Below, piece by piece: positions 49,050-59,100 of a DNA stretch of 64,000 nucleotides. The translations under genes were made by a program, and so were the position numbers. Position 1 is the stretch's first letter, and each line of letters opens with the position of its first letter. Location: positions 1 through 64,000 of the forward strand of contig CAZFLD010000006.1 of the NCBI GenBank assembly GCA_964519835.1. Direction: 5' to 3'. This DNA is from an uncultured Spirochaetales bacterium (GTDB lineage Bacteria; Spirochaetota; Spirochaetia; DSM-27196; CAZFLD01). The notes below the pieces were generated by a model. The model was given only the letters and a program-made list of their open reading frames with translations, did no database searches and was not told the DNA's origin.

Positions 49050-49820
49050 CTATTGGGAAGGCCGCCGCGCCGTTACGACCATAACCCAGCTCCCGGCCGG
49101 ATTGGCCGCGTCACGAGAGAAACCACCGTAGACCTCGATCTGTGCGTAGCCTGAATCGCAAAGCCGACGGGTAAGCGCTTCCGTATCGATCACACAAAGA
49201 TTTGTCGTAAACGTCTCACGGACCGGCTCCGCGCGATCCGCTTCGCCGGCCGGGCTTTTTCCCACGATCACGGCGTCAAACTCGGCAGTAGCATCGCCGG
49301 TTCGCCTGTAGGTGCGCTCCATCTGGTGTTTGCTGCCCTCGAGGGTAGGCAGGCGCTTGGACTCGCCCACCGCCAGGTCGGTTGCTTCGACGTATTGGAC
49401 GACCAGCGCTCCACCACGCTTGAGGACCGCCATCGCCGCGCCTGCCCAGTCGTGAGCTTCTTCCGGCCTTGGCAGGTGGCTTATTGTGTTGCCGATGGAG
49501 TACACAAGGTCGAAGGTCATCTGCGAACCGTAGAGCGTCGCAAATAGGTCCGCCACGCGAATCCGGGCACGACCAAGTCTATCCACGGCCCCCGCGAGCG
49601 ACGACTCCGCGATCATCCGTTCGGACACATCCGTGCCGTAGGCCTCGGTACCTCGGTCGAGCAGGGCTTGCACATAGGAACCCGTGCCGCATCCGGCATC
49701 CAGGCACACGGCAGGAGGACCGCCTGCCTGCTCCAGCAAAAAACGAACCGTTGAGTCTTCCGCGGGAAACAGAGCATCGTAATCGGCGGCTATCCTTGTG
49801 TATAGATCGCCGTCGCTCAC
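49050..49820 (-). CDS. Class I SAM-dependent methyltransferase.
   Basis: Motif I VCLDAGCGTGSYVQALLDRG. Length 256 aa. Overlaps the upstream gene by 4 nt. Confidence 0.7.
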   Translation of the reverse strand: MSDGDLYTRIAADYDALFPAEDSTVRFLLEQAGGPPAVCLDAGCGTGSYVQALLDRGTEAYGTDVSERMIAESSLAGAVDRLGRARIRVADLFATLYGSQMTFDLVYSIGNTISHLPRPEEAHDWAGAAMAVLKRGGALVVQYVEATDLAVGESKRLPTLEGSKHQMERTYRRTGDATAEFDAVIVGKSPAGEADRAEPVRETFTTNLCVIDTEALTRRLCDSGYAQIEVYGGFSRDAANPAGSWVMVVTARRPSQ

Positions 49821-50545
49821 CGAGGCCTCCCCGACGAAGACTGCAACGAAGCCTGACCGGTCCCGAGTATGTTATGGAGGTATTCAGCGCCGGCCAGCTG
49901 CTCGTCTAAATCGTTTTCCAGCTCGAGCGAGACCCAGGGCTCGGGCAACACCGCTGCGTACCGGCGTAGGTAGTCGAGGTCGGAAAGGCCTATACATCGA
50001 TGTTGATCCGGCCCCCCGTTGTAGCGATTGGAGCTTCCCACCCGGACAGCCGAAACGTGGCAACATCCCGGGGGCTTGTAACTCAACAGTGACATAAACG
50101 TCTGGTAGTAGGCCTCGTCACCTCGGTGCCTGGCGCTTTCGGCGTGGGCGTAGTCCGCACAAAAACCCCCGCAGGCGTCAAGCTCGTCTACCTCGGGGCA
50201 GACTTCGACATTCTCGAGGTAGAAACGAGATCGCAACTCGGTCGGCAGCGTGGACAGTGCCGGATATGGGTGGGTGCTCGCGAGAGGATGCACGTTGAAG
50301 TGAGTGGTCGAGAATCTGTCCCGGCAGTACTCGAGCTCCCCTCGATCAAAGTCGGTCCTGGCGTGCACATGGGGAATCTCGATACCGGGTATCGCCTCGA
50401 GGCGTTGGTAGATGGAAAGTCGCTCACCGGCCGGAACCGCTGTGGCGAAAAACGCGATGCGCCGGACCGCAGACCGCTCAAGAGCAGCCAAAAGCCGCCC
50501 GGTAGCGGCCCGGTCTGTAGTGGTAAGGCTTGGAAGTATAACCAA
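49817..50545 (-). CDS. Hypothetical protein, Cys/His-rich.
   Basis: 242 aa with no recognised motif. In the same operon as the methyltransferase and the MFS-HEAT gene. Confidence 0.35.
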   Translation of the reverse strand: MVILPSLTTTDRAATGRLLAALERSAVRRIAFFATAVPAGERLSIYQRLEAIPGIEIPHVHARTDFDRGELEYCRDRFSTTHFNVHPLASTHPYPALSTLPTELRSRFYLENVEVCPEVDELDACGGFCADYAHAESARHRGDEAYYQTFMSLLSYKPPGCCHVSAVRVGSSNRYNGGPDQHRCIGLSDLDYLRRYAAVLPEPWVSLELENDLDEQLAGAEYLHNILGTGQASLQSSSGRPR

Positions 50546-50556
50546 AAGAGCGGTGC

Positions 50557-51036
50557 CTACCTTCCTCGGCCGACATCCACGTTCCGGAAGCCAATTTCAG
50601 ATATGGAGAAGATGCCGGGAATCGACCCCTCCTCCCAAGCACCGATGCGGATCGCGTAAGCGCCGGAAACAGGCTCCCGGATAACAATGCCGGGCTTGGA
50701 ACCGTCGTTGTCGTCGTTTGTTAAGAACCGGCCGTCGGGGGTTACCACAACGAGCACGGCATCGGTAATGGGGTCGGCGGGGAAGAATTCCAGATAGAGC
50801 TCAAACGGGCCGGCTTCGTACATAAGCTCGAGGTGAGGTTCGGCGTCCTGATAAAACACTTCGGCGGTACCCCACTCAAATTCGAGCTCGACCCGGTCGA
50901 AGGCGTCCGCGACAACCTCGACTGCATACGGGTCCGGCGAAAACGCCGATTCCAGCTCAATGGTTCCTTCGCTTTGCGCCGACGCAAATGCAATACTCAC
51001 AAGTGCAAAGACGACGACCACTGTCGACTTTTTCAC
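50557..51036 (-). CDS. Small secreted protein with a PPC-like beta-sandwich. Hypothetical.
   Basis: Signal peptide MKKSTVVVVFALVSIAFASAQS, then ...TPDGRFLTNDDNDGS...GAYAIRIGAW.... Confidence 0.4.
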   Translation of the reverse strand: MKKSTVVVVFALVSIAFASAQSEGTIELESAFSPDPYAVEVVADAFDRVELEFEWGTAEVFYQDAEPHLELMYEAGPFELYLEFFPADPITDAVLVVVTPDGRFLTNDDNDGSKPGIVIREPVSGAYAIRIGAWEEGSIPGIFSISEIGFRNVDVGRGR

Positions 51037-51243
51037 AAATGTCCTCCTAAGGTCGTATCACCCTACCAATCCGGGAGGGCCCGATGGTTCCAGTAGGTCC
51101 CGATGATTCCGAGAGTGACCGATGAATAGAGACAATACCGCGGCCACCGTGATCTGTCCACACGAGTCGCTATCACAGGCGAGACTCAACACTCTTTGGA
51201 CCAGTTCGGTATACTCTCAAAGCGTACAGATGGAGGGGCCACA

Positions 51244-53319
51244 ATGAAGCGCATCATCGGAGTGCTTGTGTTTGTCGGGGTGATCATTCCGGCGTGGAGT
51301 CAGCAGCTTTTCGACGATGTATTTACGTTCCGGGCTATTCGTGCCGACTGGTCCCAGGCAAGTTTGGTACCGGAAGGCGTCGTTATACAAACAACCGACA
51401 TCCTTGCTCGCCACTTCACCGGGTTTCCGTCAAACGAGGGGATCCGACGCAACTTCGCGCGCGAGATCGGGCCCTATGAAGAGCAGGTCATGGCGTATTT
51501 CGCCGAGCGGGTCGTACCCAATCCGTTTATTGACGCGGCAACAATCGAGTTTTTGTGGCCTCGAGAAGAAGCCGAGTCTGAGCAAGATCCGACGGAATTG
51601 GAGATCGGCGCAGCAATGGAGGAGGCGGACGATGTTGTGCAGGACGAGCCGGATAACGCGCTTCGGAGCATAAACACCGGAATTCCTACTTCAATCGACG
51701 ATCTTTTCGGGTCTCTGGGACTTCCTGAGCTCCTAGGCTCGGTGGTCACGTTTCTTGTAGACCGCGCACAACTCGAGGCAAGTGGCTACTTGTTGGATGA
51801 GCTTGCGGACATCCTCGCCGCATACCCGGAGTTTGAGATTCTCCTGCCGCGCACCACGCGCACATTTGCATCGATCCTCGAATCGTTACGCGGCATGGAA
51901 ACGGCGCTTCCCCGCCTTCGATTTGCCTTTGCCGACGACATGCGGCGTCTTCCCGAGCACCTTTTGCACCTCCAAGGCATGTCGCTGGACGGGCCGGAGG
52001 ACGTTGCCCTGCGAGCGCGCAGCTATCGGGCTTTTTTTCAAGACCCGACCAACGAGCCGGTCGTTTTTGCGTTGCTTCTCGTCCAAAGCATGGTCGATGG
52101 CGACTCCTTTGATACGATATCGCGGCGTCTCGATCGCTTTGCACGGTCGAGGGACAACGGATCGGTGGTCGCGCAGGTAGTCACACTGACCAACCTCGTC
52201 TCCGACAGCTTTCAAAAACGAAGCATCCGAGATGCGGCGTGGATCTCCGAAGAGCGTGTACTTCTGCTGTTCGAGGACAGTGAGCTACAGAGTGACTTTT
52301 TTGCCTTTGTCTTCGAACGGGCGCTCAGTGAAGGAATCAAGATCGGCGACCGGGCGATGATCACGATCTTGGCGGAGTACGCGGACCCTCGCCTGCTTCA
52401 GGACCTCACGGACGGCTATGCGCGAATCTTCCCGATCTTGAAAGAGGTTGAGCGGCTCGCCGGGGTGGCGGCTGCTCCGGACGTGGATGATACGGCAAGA
52501 CTGGCCGCGGCCCTCGATGTTGCCCGCGGCGTTGCGGAGCTCTACGGCGATCCTGAGAATATTCGCTGGGTCCTGCCGGCCATAAGGGATAGCGACATCG
52601 AGGCGGTCATGGAGGAGTTTTCCGACTACGTCGGCTACACAATCGAGTTTGTAGAGGCGGTCTCCGGCGGCAATTACGAGCGCGCCTTCGCGGCCCTCTC
52701 GACCATTATCGACCGGTTGGTTCTGGCCGTCGACGAGCCCGGCGTCCAGGAGGTTTTTGCGCAGGTGAACGAGTACGGGTCGATCATCGCGGCGTTGGCC
52801 ACGGCTGAGTCGAATGAGGAGATGACGGTTGTGCTCGAGCGCTACGCGGCGCCGGCCGGGAGCTACCGGCGGAAGTATATCGACGACGTAAGTGTCGCGG
52901 TAAACGCATACGTCGGCTTTACAGGCGGCCTCGAGTGGGACATAAACCGCATCTTCGTCGGGTGGCCGGGAATGCTTGCGCCGTTTGCGCCCATCGGCAT
53001 CTCTGTGAACTTCCACCCGTTCTCGGTTCCGGGGTGGCCGCTTACCATTTTTGCGGGCCTTATCGACGTCGGGATGCTTGCCCAGTTTAGGCTGGGAACC
53101 GACGCAGGCACCCCCCTGCCAAACTTACACGTGGCAAATCTGCTCTCTCCCGCCCTCTACGTTGCGGTCAACTTGGGAGACAGCCCTTTTACGCTTGGCT
53201 TCGGCGGGGGGCTGTCTCCGGGTCTTCAGCCGAGCGGTATCGACGAACCGCTCACGGGAACACAGCGGTTCCGCCTCATTCTCTACGGGGCGGTGGACGT
53301 TCCCATCGTTTTCTTTTAA
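51244..53319 (+). CDS. Large secreted hypothetical protein. It ends in a beta-rich, aromatic-terminated segment and may be an outer-membrane barrel.
   Basis: Start chosen at MKRIIGVLVFVGVIIPAWSQQ (signal peptide). The C-terminus ...RLILYGAVDVPIVFF has a terminal Phe, typical of OMP sorting signals. Confidence 0.4.
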   Translation: MKRIIGVLVFVGVIIPAWSQQLFDDVFTFRAIRADWSQASLVPEGVVIQTTDILARHFTGFPSNEGIRRNFAREIGPYEEQVMAYFAERVVPNPFIDAATIEFLWPREEAESEQDPTELEIGAAMEEADDVVQDEPDNALRSINTGIPTSIDDLFGSLGLPELLGSVVTFLVDRAQLEASGYLLDELADILAAYPEFEILLPRTTRTFASILESLRGMETALPRLRFAFADDMRRLPEHLLHLQGMSLDGPEDVALRARSYRAFFQDPTNEPVVFALLLVQSMVDGDSFDTISRRLDRFARSRDNGSVVAQVVTLTNLVSDSFQKRSIRDAAWISEERVLLLFEDSELQSDFFAFVFERALSEGIKIGDRAMITILAEYADPRLLQDLTDGYARIFPILKEVERLAGVAAAPDVDDTARLAAALDVARGVAELYGDPENIRWVLPAIRDSDIEAVMEEFSDYVGYTIEFVEAVSGGNYERAFAALSTIIDRLVLAVDEPGVQEVFAQVNEYGSIIAALATAESNEEMTVVLERYAAPAGSYRRKYIDDVSVAVNAYVGFTGGLEWDINRIFVGWPGMLAPFAPIGISVNFHPFSVPGWPLTIFAGLIDVGMLAQFRLGTDAGTPLPNLHVANLLSPALYVAVNLGDSPFTLGFGGGLSPGLQPSGIDEPLTGTQRFRLILYGAVDVPIVFF

Positions 53320-53328
53320 AAGGCGAGC

Positions 53329-54513
53329 ATGGGAGAGCATCTTCTCTTTTTATACCTGGCAACCGGTGGTGGTCACATCGGTGCGGCCCGAGCCTTGGCG
53401 GCGGAAATCGAACGGCGACACAAGCAGGAGGATGTCCGCGTGACCATCGCGGATGGTATCAAAGAAGGCGAAGTCTTTCAGCGCGGTCTGGTGGAAGACG
53501 GATTTCGGTTCACCGCGATTCGTTATCCCGTGCTCTGGGCCGGACTGTACGAGTGGTCGCGGCTCCAAGTGGTCATGGACTTGCAGACCCGCCTTATGTG
53601 CCGCTACTCGGTGCCGTATTTCGAGGAGCTTATACCGCGGCTCAAACCCACGCGGGTGATTCTCTTTCACTTCTTGCTGGTGCGGCCGCTGAGGTGGGCG
53701 TACCGACGACTTGGCTATCGTCTGCCTTCGCTTACGATTATCACCGATCCGTTTACCTGTCACCCGATGTGGTTCTACCAGCAGTTTATGCCGGTGGCTT
53801 GCTACACCGACAGATTACGAGACTACGCCGCCCAGCGCTACGGCATCGATAGGGAATCACTAATCGTACAAAACCCAATCATCAATCACGCCTACGACAA
53901 GCCCATAGACGCGGAGAAGGCCCGTGAGCTCAAAGCCACATATGGACTTTCACCCCGGCGGAACATGATCCTGATTGTCGGGGGGGGAGAGGGTCTTCCG
54001 CGAGGGGAGCGTTACCTCGATGAGATGCTGCGCCTGAATCGCGAGGCCGATGTTGTATTTGTGGCCGGCAAAAACAACAAGCTCCGTGGTGAGGCGGAAA
54101 GAGTAGCGGAACGTTGGAGAGGAACGCGCACCGCGGCAACCTTGGTCTATGGCTTTGTCGACTTTATGAGCGACTTGATGAACATGTCGTCGGTCATCGT
54201 CACAAAGGGAGGACCTGCCTCCGTCCTAGAGGCGGCCATGCTCGAAAAGCCGATTATGATTGCGCACTACTTCTATGGCCAGGAGCGCGGCAACGTCGAC
54301 TTTGTGGTGAAAAATGGCCTCGGCACTTACACCCAGACCCCCCAGGAGACAGCCGAGGCCGTGGCGTCGCTCCTCTCCTCCACGGAGGCGATGCGGAGGG
54401 TTACGCGCCGTTACGACAGGGTTCGCCTAACAAACGGGACGGCCGACTTCGCAAACCTGCTTTTTACCTTCGACGAAAACCCGCCGCCGGTTCCCCGGCT
54501 TGCCCGTGGATAA
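53329..54513 (+). CDS. Monogalactosyldiacylglycerol-synthase-like / MurG-like glycosyltransferase (GT28 superfamily).
   Basis: LFLYLATGGGHIGAARALAAEIE... (MGDG-synthase N-terminal domain) and ...VTKGGPASVLEAAMLEKPIMI... (GT-B C-terminal domain). Confidence 0.6.
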   Translation: MGEHLLFLYLATGGGHIGAARALAAEIERRHKQEDVRVTIADGIKEGEVFQRGLVEDGFRFTAIRYPVLWAGLYEWSRLQVVMDLQTRLMCRYSVPYFEELIPRLKPTRVILFHFLLVRPLRWAYRRLGYRLPSLTIITDPFTCHPMWFYQQFMPVACYTDRLRDYAAQRYGIDRESLIVQNPIINHAYDKPIDAEKARELKATYGLSPRRNMILIVGGGEGLPRGERYLDEMLRLNREADVVFVAGKNNKLRGEAERVAERWRGTRTAATLVYGFVDFMSDLMNMSSVIVTKGGPASVLEAAMLEKPIMIAHYFYGQERGNVDFVVKNGLGTYTQTPQETAEAVASLLSSTEAMRRVTRRYDRVRLTNGTADFANLLFTFDENPPPVPRLARG

Positions 54514-56113
54514 TACCGTCGAGACGAAAGCCGACACCCAGGACGGCCTGAAAGTCCTGATACGTCCCGCCGACTTGGTTCTGGTAATTCGTCGCCGATT
54601 GCCATGAGAGGTGGACGTTCAGCGACAACCACGGGAAGGGCGTAACCTGCGCCCCCGCCGAGACAACAACAAGATCCTCGGTAGGCTCCGTGGGGGTGCG
54701 CATTGCGGCCGCCTCAGGCCCCTCGGCGTAAGGTGCAAGAACGGTCTGTGTTCCGGAGCGCACCCACGTCAGCTCTATCTCCGCGTTGATCGCGGCGGCT
54801 ATCTCGTAACCCACCCAGCCGGTGACCACGGCGGAATCCGGACCCCAGCCGTAGCCCAACGCATCGGTCACTATCGTCGGCCTCCCCAAGAGATTACTCG
54901 TGACCCGCCTTCGCCAGAAAAAGCTCAATAGCGGATGCTCACGAATGTAGAGCCATGGATCGGTGATGGCCCCCTCGAATCCGATGACAAGAGATCCGGG
55001 CCCGATCGGAATGTACCCATGCCCGCCGAACATCCACGCCGTGGCGTTGGGAACGGCGTCCGCGCCGTATTGATCAATTTCGAACTGGAGTTGAAGCTGA
55101 TTCATGTAAAACTGTCCGTAAAGGACCATATTACGCCACGGGTTAAACGCAATCTCAATAGACGACGCAGAGCTTGCGTACTCCCAGATGTAGAGGTTAT
55201 GCAAGATCAAAAACGGATTCAAAAGAGCGAGGTAGGGAACGCGCTTGCCGTACATAAGTCCCTCGGTAATGACAAACCTCAGGCGCTCGAAAAACACAAA
55301 CTCAAACCGGTGAAGGAAGAGGTTTTTCGCGTACTCCTCTACCTCGTCGTCATGGCCACGTCCGACCTCCGCGGTTGTGAGCCACGGCTCGAACCCAATC
55401 ACGCCGAAGGTGTACTTGAACACATCCCAGTATCCGGTAACCCGAAAAAAATCGTGATACGGCGCCTCATGCGAAAGGATTAGCCGGCCGCTTTGCCCCC
55501 GTCCCCAGGAAAACCGGTCGCGGCCGATCGCAAGGTTCCAGTGAGCACCACCCACGGACAAGAGTGCTCGGTAGGGGAAGTTGCCGTCGACGTAGGTCAG
55601 ATCCTCCGGCCAATTTGTCACGTTGTCCGCCTGCGCCACGGCGAACTGCTCTTCCCGTAAATCGAAGTGCAACAGACCGTAGGCCACCTCGGCGGCGTAC
55701 GCCTCGAAATCGATGGTCAAAAGGGACTTTCGGTCCGGATAGTCCACCACCCACCGCGGTGACTCCTCCGCCGCGAGGTATGCCTCGAAGTCCACTCCCA
55801 GAGAAACATTACCCGCAAACGCCGGAGTCGCAAAAAGCGCCGGCGCCGCATACCCTCGCAGGTACTCGTACCCCCTCAGACCGGCCTCACTCAAAAGGCT
55901 CCGGTCGACTTGACCAAGGGCCATACGGATCTCATCCAGCGTGGTGGGTCCCGCGGCGGAAAAAGGTGGCGCACCGGATTCGGCCAGCACCAAGTTCAAG
56001 AGCGAATGCAAACGGGAATCATGTGGAACGATAAAATTGCCGTTTTGAGCGGCACTGTCTTCCGCGACCAGGAGACAAGCAAGGACCGTTGCCGTGAAAA
56101 ATAAACGTCTCAT
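54464..56113 (-). CDS. Secreted, probably outer-membrane, hypothetical protein.
   Basis: The start was moved to MRRLFFTATVLACLLVAEDSAAQ (signal peptide); the track ORF 5' extension was rejected. The body is beta-rich and aromatic. The 3' end overlaps the convergent glycosyltransferase by about 50 nt. Confidence 0.4.
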   Translation of the reverse strand: MRRLFFTATVLACLLVAEDSAAQNGNFIVPHDSRLHSLLNLVLAESGAPPFSAAGPTTLDEIRMALGQVDRSLLSEAGLRGYEYLRGYAAPALFATPAFAGNVSLGVDFEAYLAAEESPRWVVDYPDRKSLLTIDFEAYAAEVAYGLLHFDLREEQFAVAQADNVTNWPEDLTYVDGNFPYRALLSVGGAHWNLAIGRDRFSWGRGQSGRLILSHEAPYHDFFRVTGYWDVFKYTFGVIGFEPWLTTAEVGRGHDDEVEEYAKNLFLHRFEFVFFERLRFVITEGLMYGKRVPYLALLNPFLILHNLYIWEYASSASSIEIAFNPWRNMVLYGQFYMNQLQLQFEIDQYGADAVPNATAWMFGGHGYIPIGPGSLVIGFEGAITDPWLYIREHPLLSFFWRRRVTSNLLGRPTIVTDALGYGWGPDSAVVTGWVGYEIAAAINAEIELTWVRSGTQTVLAPYAEGPEAAAMRTPTEPTEDLVVVSAGAQVTPFPWLSLNVHLSWQSATNYQNQVGGTYQDFQAVLGVGFRLDGIIHGQAGEPAAGFRRR

Positions 56114-56164
56114 ACAACGATTATACACAGGCGAACGAATCCAGATATAATCCGGGCGGGGAAC

Positions 56165-59100
56165 ATGGACAACACAAAGACGACACTCCTTGGCCTGGAT
56201 ATAGGCTCCACCACCGTCAAGGCGGTGGTGACCGACAGCCTTGGACAAAAGACGCTCTTCAGAGCGTACCGGCGCCACGGTGCAAGACAGAGGGCCGTTG
56301 TGCGTGGAATGCTAAAAGAGATCGAAGATCGATTTGGCAAGAAGCTGCGCGTGACTGTCTGCGGATCCGGCGGCGAACACATCGCGACGGAGTTGGGAGC
56401 CTTTTACGCCCAAGAGGTTGTGGCCAACGCCGTTGTCGTTCGTCGCAGGTTCCCGCAAGTACGAACGGCCGTCGAGCTCGGCGGTCAAGACGCAAAAGTC
56501 ATCATCTTCGATCTCGATCCAAAGACAGGTAACCTCACGCCCGGCGACCTACGGATGAACGGGGTGTGCGCCGGCGGAACGGGGGCATTTCTCGATCAGA
56601 TGGCAACACTTGTGGGATTTCCTGTCGAGAGATTCAACGAGTTTGCCAAATCCGGTAAACGGGTCTACGAGATCTCCGGCCGGTGTGGAGTGTTTGCCAA
56701 AACCGACATCCAACCCCTTTTGAACCAAGGCGTATCCCGAGAAGACATAGCGCTTTCGTCACTTCACGCAGTAGCAAAGCAAACGATCGGTGGACTGGCG
56801 CAGGGCGTTGAGATCCGAGGTCCGGTGATCTTCGAAGGCGGCCCGCTGACGTTTGTGGATGCGCTTGTAGGCGTTTTCGCGGAGCGCCTGTCGCTTAGCG
56901 CGGCCGACATCCTCGTGCCCGACCACCCGGAGACGCTTGTTGCAGAGGGTGCGGCCCTCTGTGGCCTCGAGCTATTTGGCGACAAACGTTCCGGCTACCG
57001 GGGCTCCGAGTCGCTCAGCGCGGGAAAAACGCCCAACTCCGCCGTAAAGGCCGCATGTACGAGTTCTAATGCCGGTGCGACCACGGAAAGCCGTGCCGGC
57101 TCTCCCACACGCTCCGACGACAACACCGGAGTCAGCCCCGTGGTCGACTACGGTCGCCGGCAAGAGTTAGGTCGAGCAAAGCCGTTTTTCCCGTCGCCGG
57201 AGGACCGGGCCGCCTTCGAGCAGCGGCACAGGACGCGGGGGACAACCGTGGATTGGTCACGCGCAATGCCCCCGTTTGCAATTGGCATAGATGCCGGGTC
57301 GACGACAACAAAGGTGGCGCTCTTAGACTCACAAGGTGCACTCGTAGACAGCTTCTACGGGAACAACCGCGGTGAACCCCTTGCGGTGGGACGCGCGGCG
57401 TTGCTCGAGATTCTCGACCGAGCCGAATCGGCGGGCATAGAGCCGAAGATCGCATGCCTCGGCACCACCGGCTACGGAGAGAAGCTGTTTGCTAAAGCCT
57501 TTGGGGCTGACTATTCCACGGTAGAAACCGTCGCACACGCGGAGGCGGCGCGGCGATACCTCGCCTGGCAGAATCGATCCGCGAGCGACGCCGGTCAGCT
57601 TCCGCCCCCCCCCTCCTCACCCCCGGCCAAACCCGGCGACACCAACTCCGACCACGGCCTGTCCGACTACACCGTCTTAGACATCGGCGGACAGGACATA
57701 AAAGCGATACGAGTACGGAACGGGGTGGTAACCAACATCACTCTCAACGAGGCATGCTCGGCAGGGTGCGGTTCATTTTTGGAGAGCTATGTCGAGTCAC
57801 TGCAGATTCCGGTAGCCGACATCGCCAAACACGCCTTTGCATCTCCGGCTCCGTCGACCCTCGGGTCACGGTGCACGGTGTTTATGAATTCCTCGATCAT
57901 CACCGAGCAGAAAAACGGCAAGACCACCGACGATATCCTCGCGGGCCTCTGCCGATCGATCATAGAAAACGTGTTCACCAAGGTTGTGCGGCTACGAAAC
58001 ACCAAGGAGCTCGGGAACGCGGTGGTGGCGCAGGGAGGCACCCTGCGGAACGACGCGGTGCTACGCGCCCTCGAGGAACACGCCGGAGTCCCGGTCATCC
58101 GGCCGGACGTACCGGGGCTGATGGGGGCCGTGGGTATCGCACTCCTCGCCCAGCGCGCGACGTCCGCAGGCCACATTGGACCAACCTTGGCCGTCCAGGG
58201 AGCGGCGGCAGCCGGCGCCCCCAAAGAAGCAAGCGGAGCAGCAACCGCTGCTGCGGGCGCGGGCACAGGCGGCCAACAGACTTCACGCTTTATCGGACGG
58301 CACGGCCTGGAGGAATTCTCGTACCGGACGCGGGAGGGTGTAATCTGCCGCGGCTGTTCGAATAGCTGTAGCCGAACCATCATCACGTTTACGGGAGGCG
58401 ACAATACAAGCGCCGCCACCGCGAACGAACAAGACGCCGGCCAACCCGCGGCGACCCGCTCGTTTGTGACGGGCAACCGCTGCGAACGCGGGGAGCTCGA
58501 CCACAGCACCCACGGCAAGCGGGACACGGGCCCCTTTGTGCTACAAGACCGACTCTTGACCAAGCAGTTTGTGCCGATAGCGCGCGACGATCGTCCTAAG
58601 ACTCGAATCGGGTTGCCTCGTGTTCTCGAGTTCTGGCAGAGCCTTCCCTATTGGAAGGCCGTGTTTGAGAGCTGCGGTTTTGAAGTGGTGGTCTCCAAAC
58701 GCTCATCGCCCGCGCTCTTTGAGCGTGGGCTCCATAGTGTTTTGTCGGACACGATATGCTTGCCCGCTAAGCTCGTCCATGGACACATCCTCGACCTAAT
58801 CGAGCGCGGCGCAGTGCGCATCTTTTTCCCGTCCATGATCCGAACCATAAAAGACAACCCGAAACACGCCGCTGCCGAGGTCTGCCCAATCGTGCAGGGC
58901 TACCCGATTGTCGCAGACATATCGGACGAAACGATGACTCGTTACGGCGTACCGATGGACCGACCCGCGCTACACTTTTTCGACGAGAAGACACGGTTCG
59001 ACCAGACAGTCTCAATGCTGGTCAACCACTACGACGTGGACAAAGACTCCGCGCGCCGCGCCGTGGAAAACGGTCGATCCGCGGAGGCCCTGTTTCAGAA

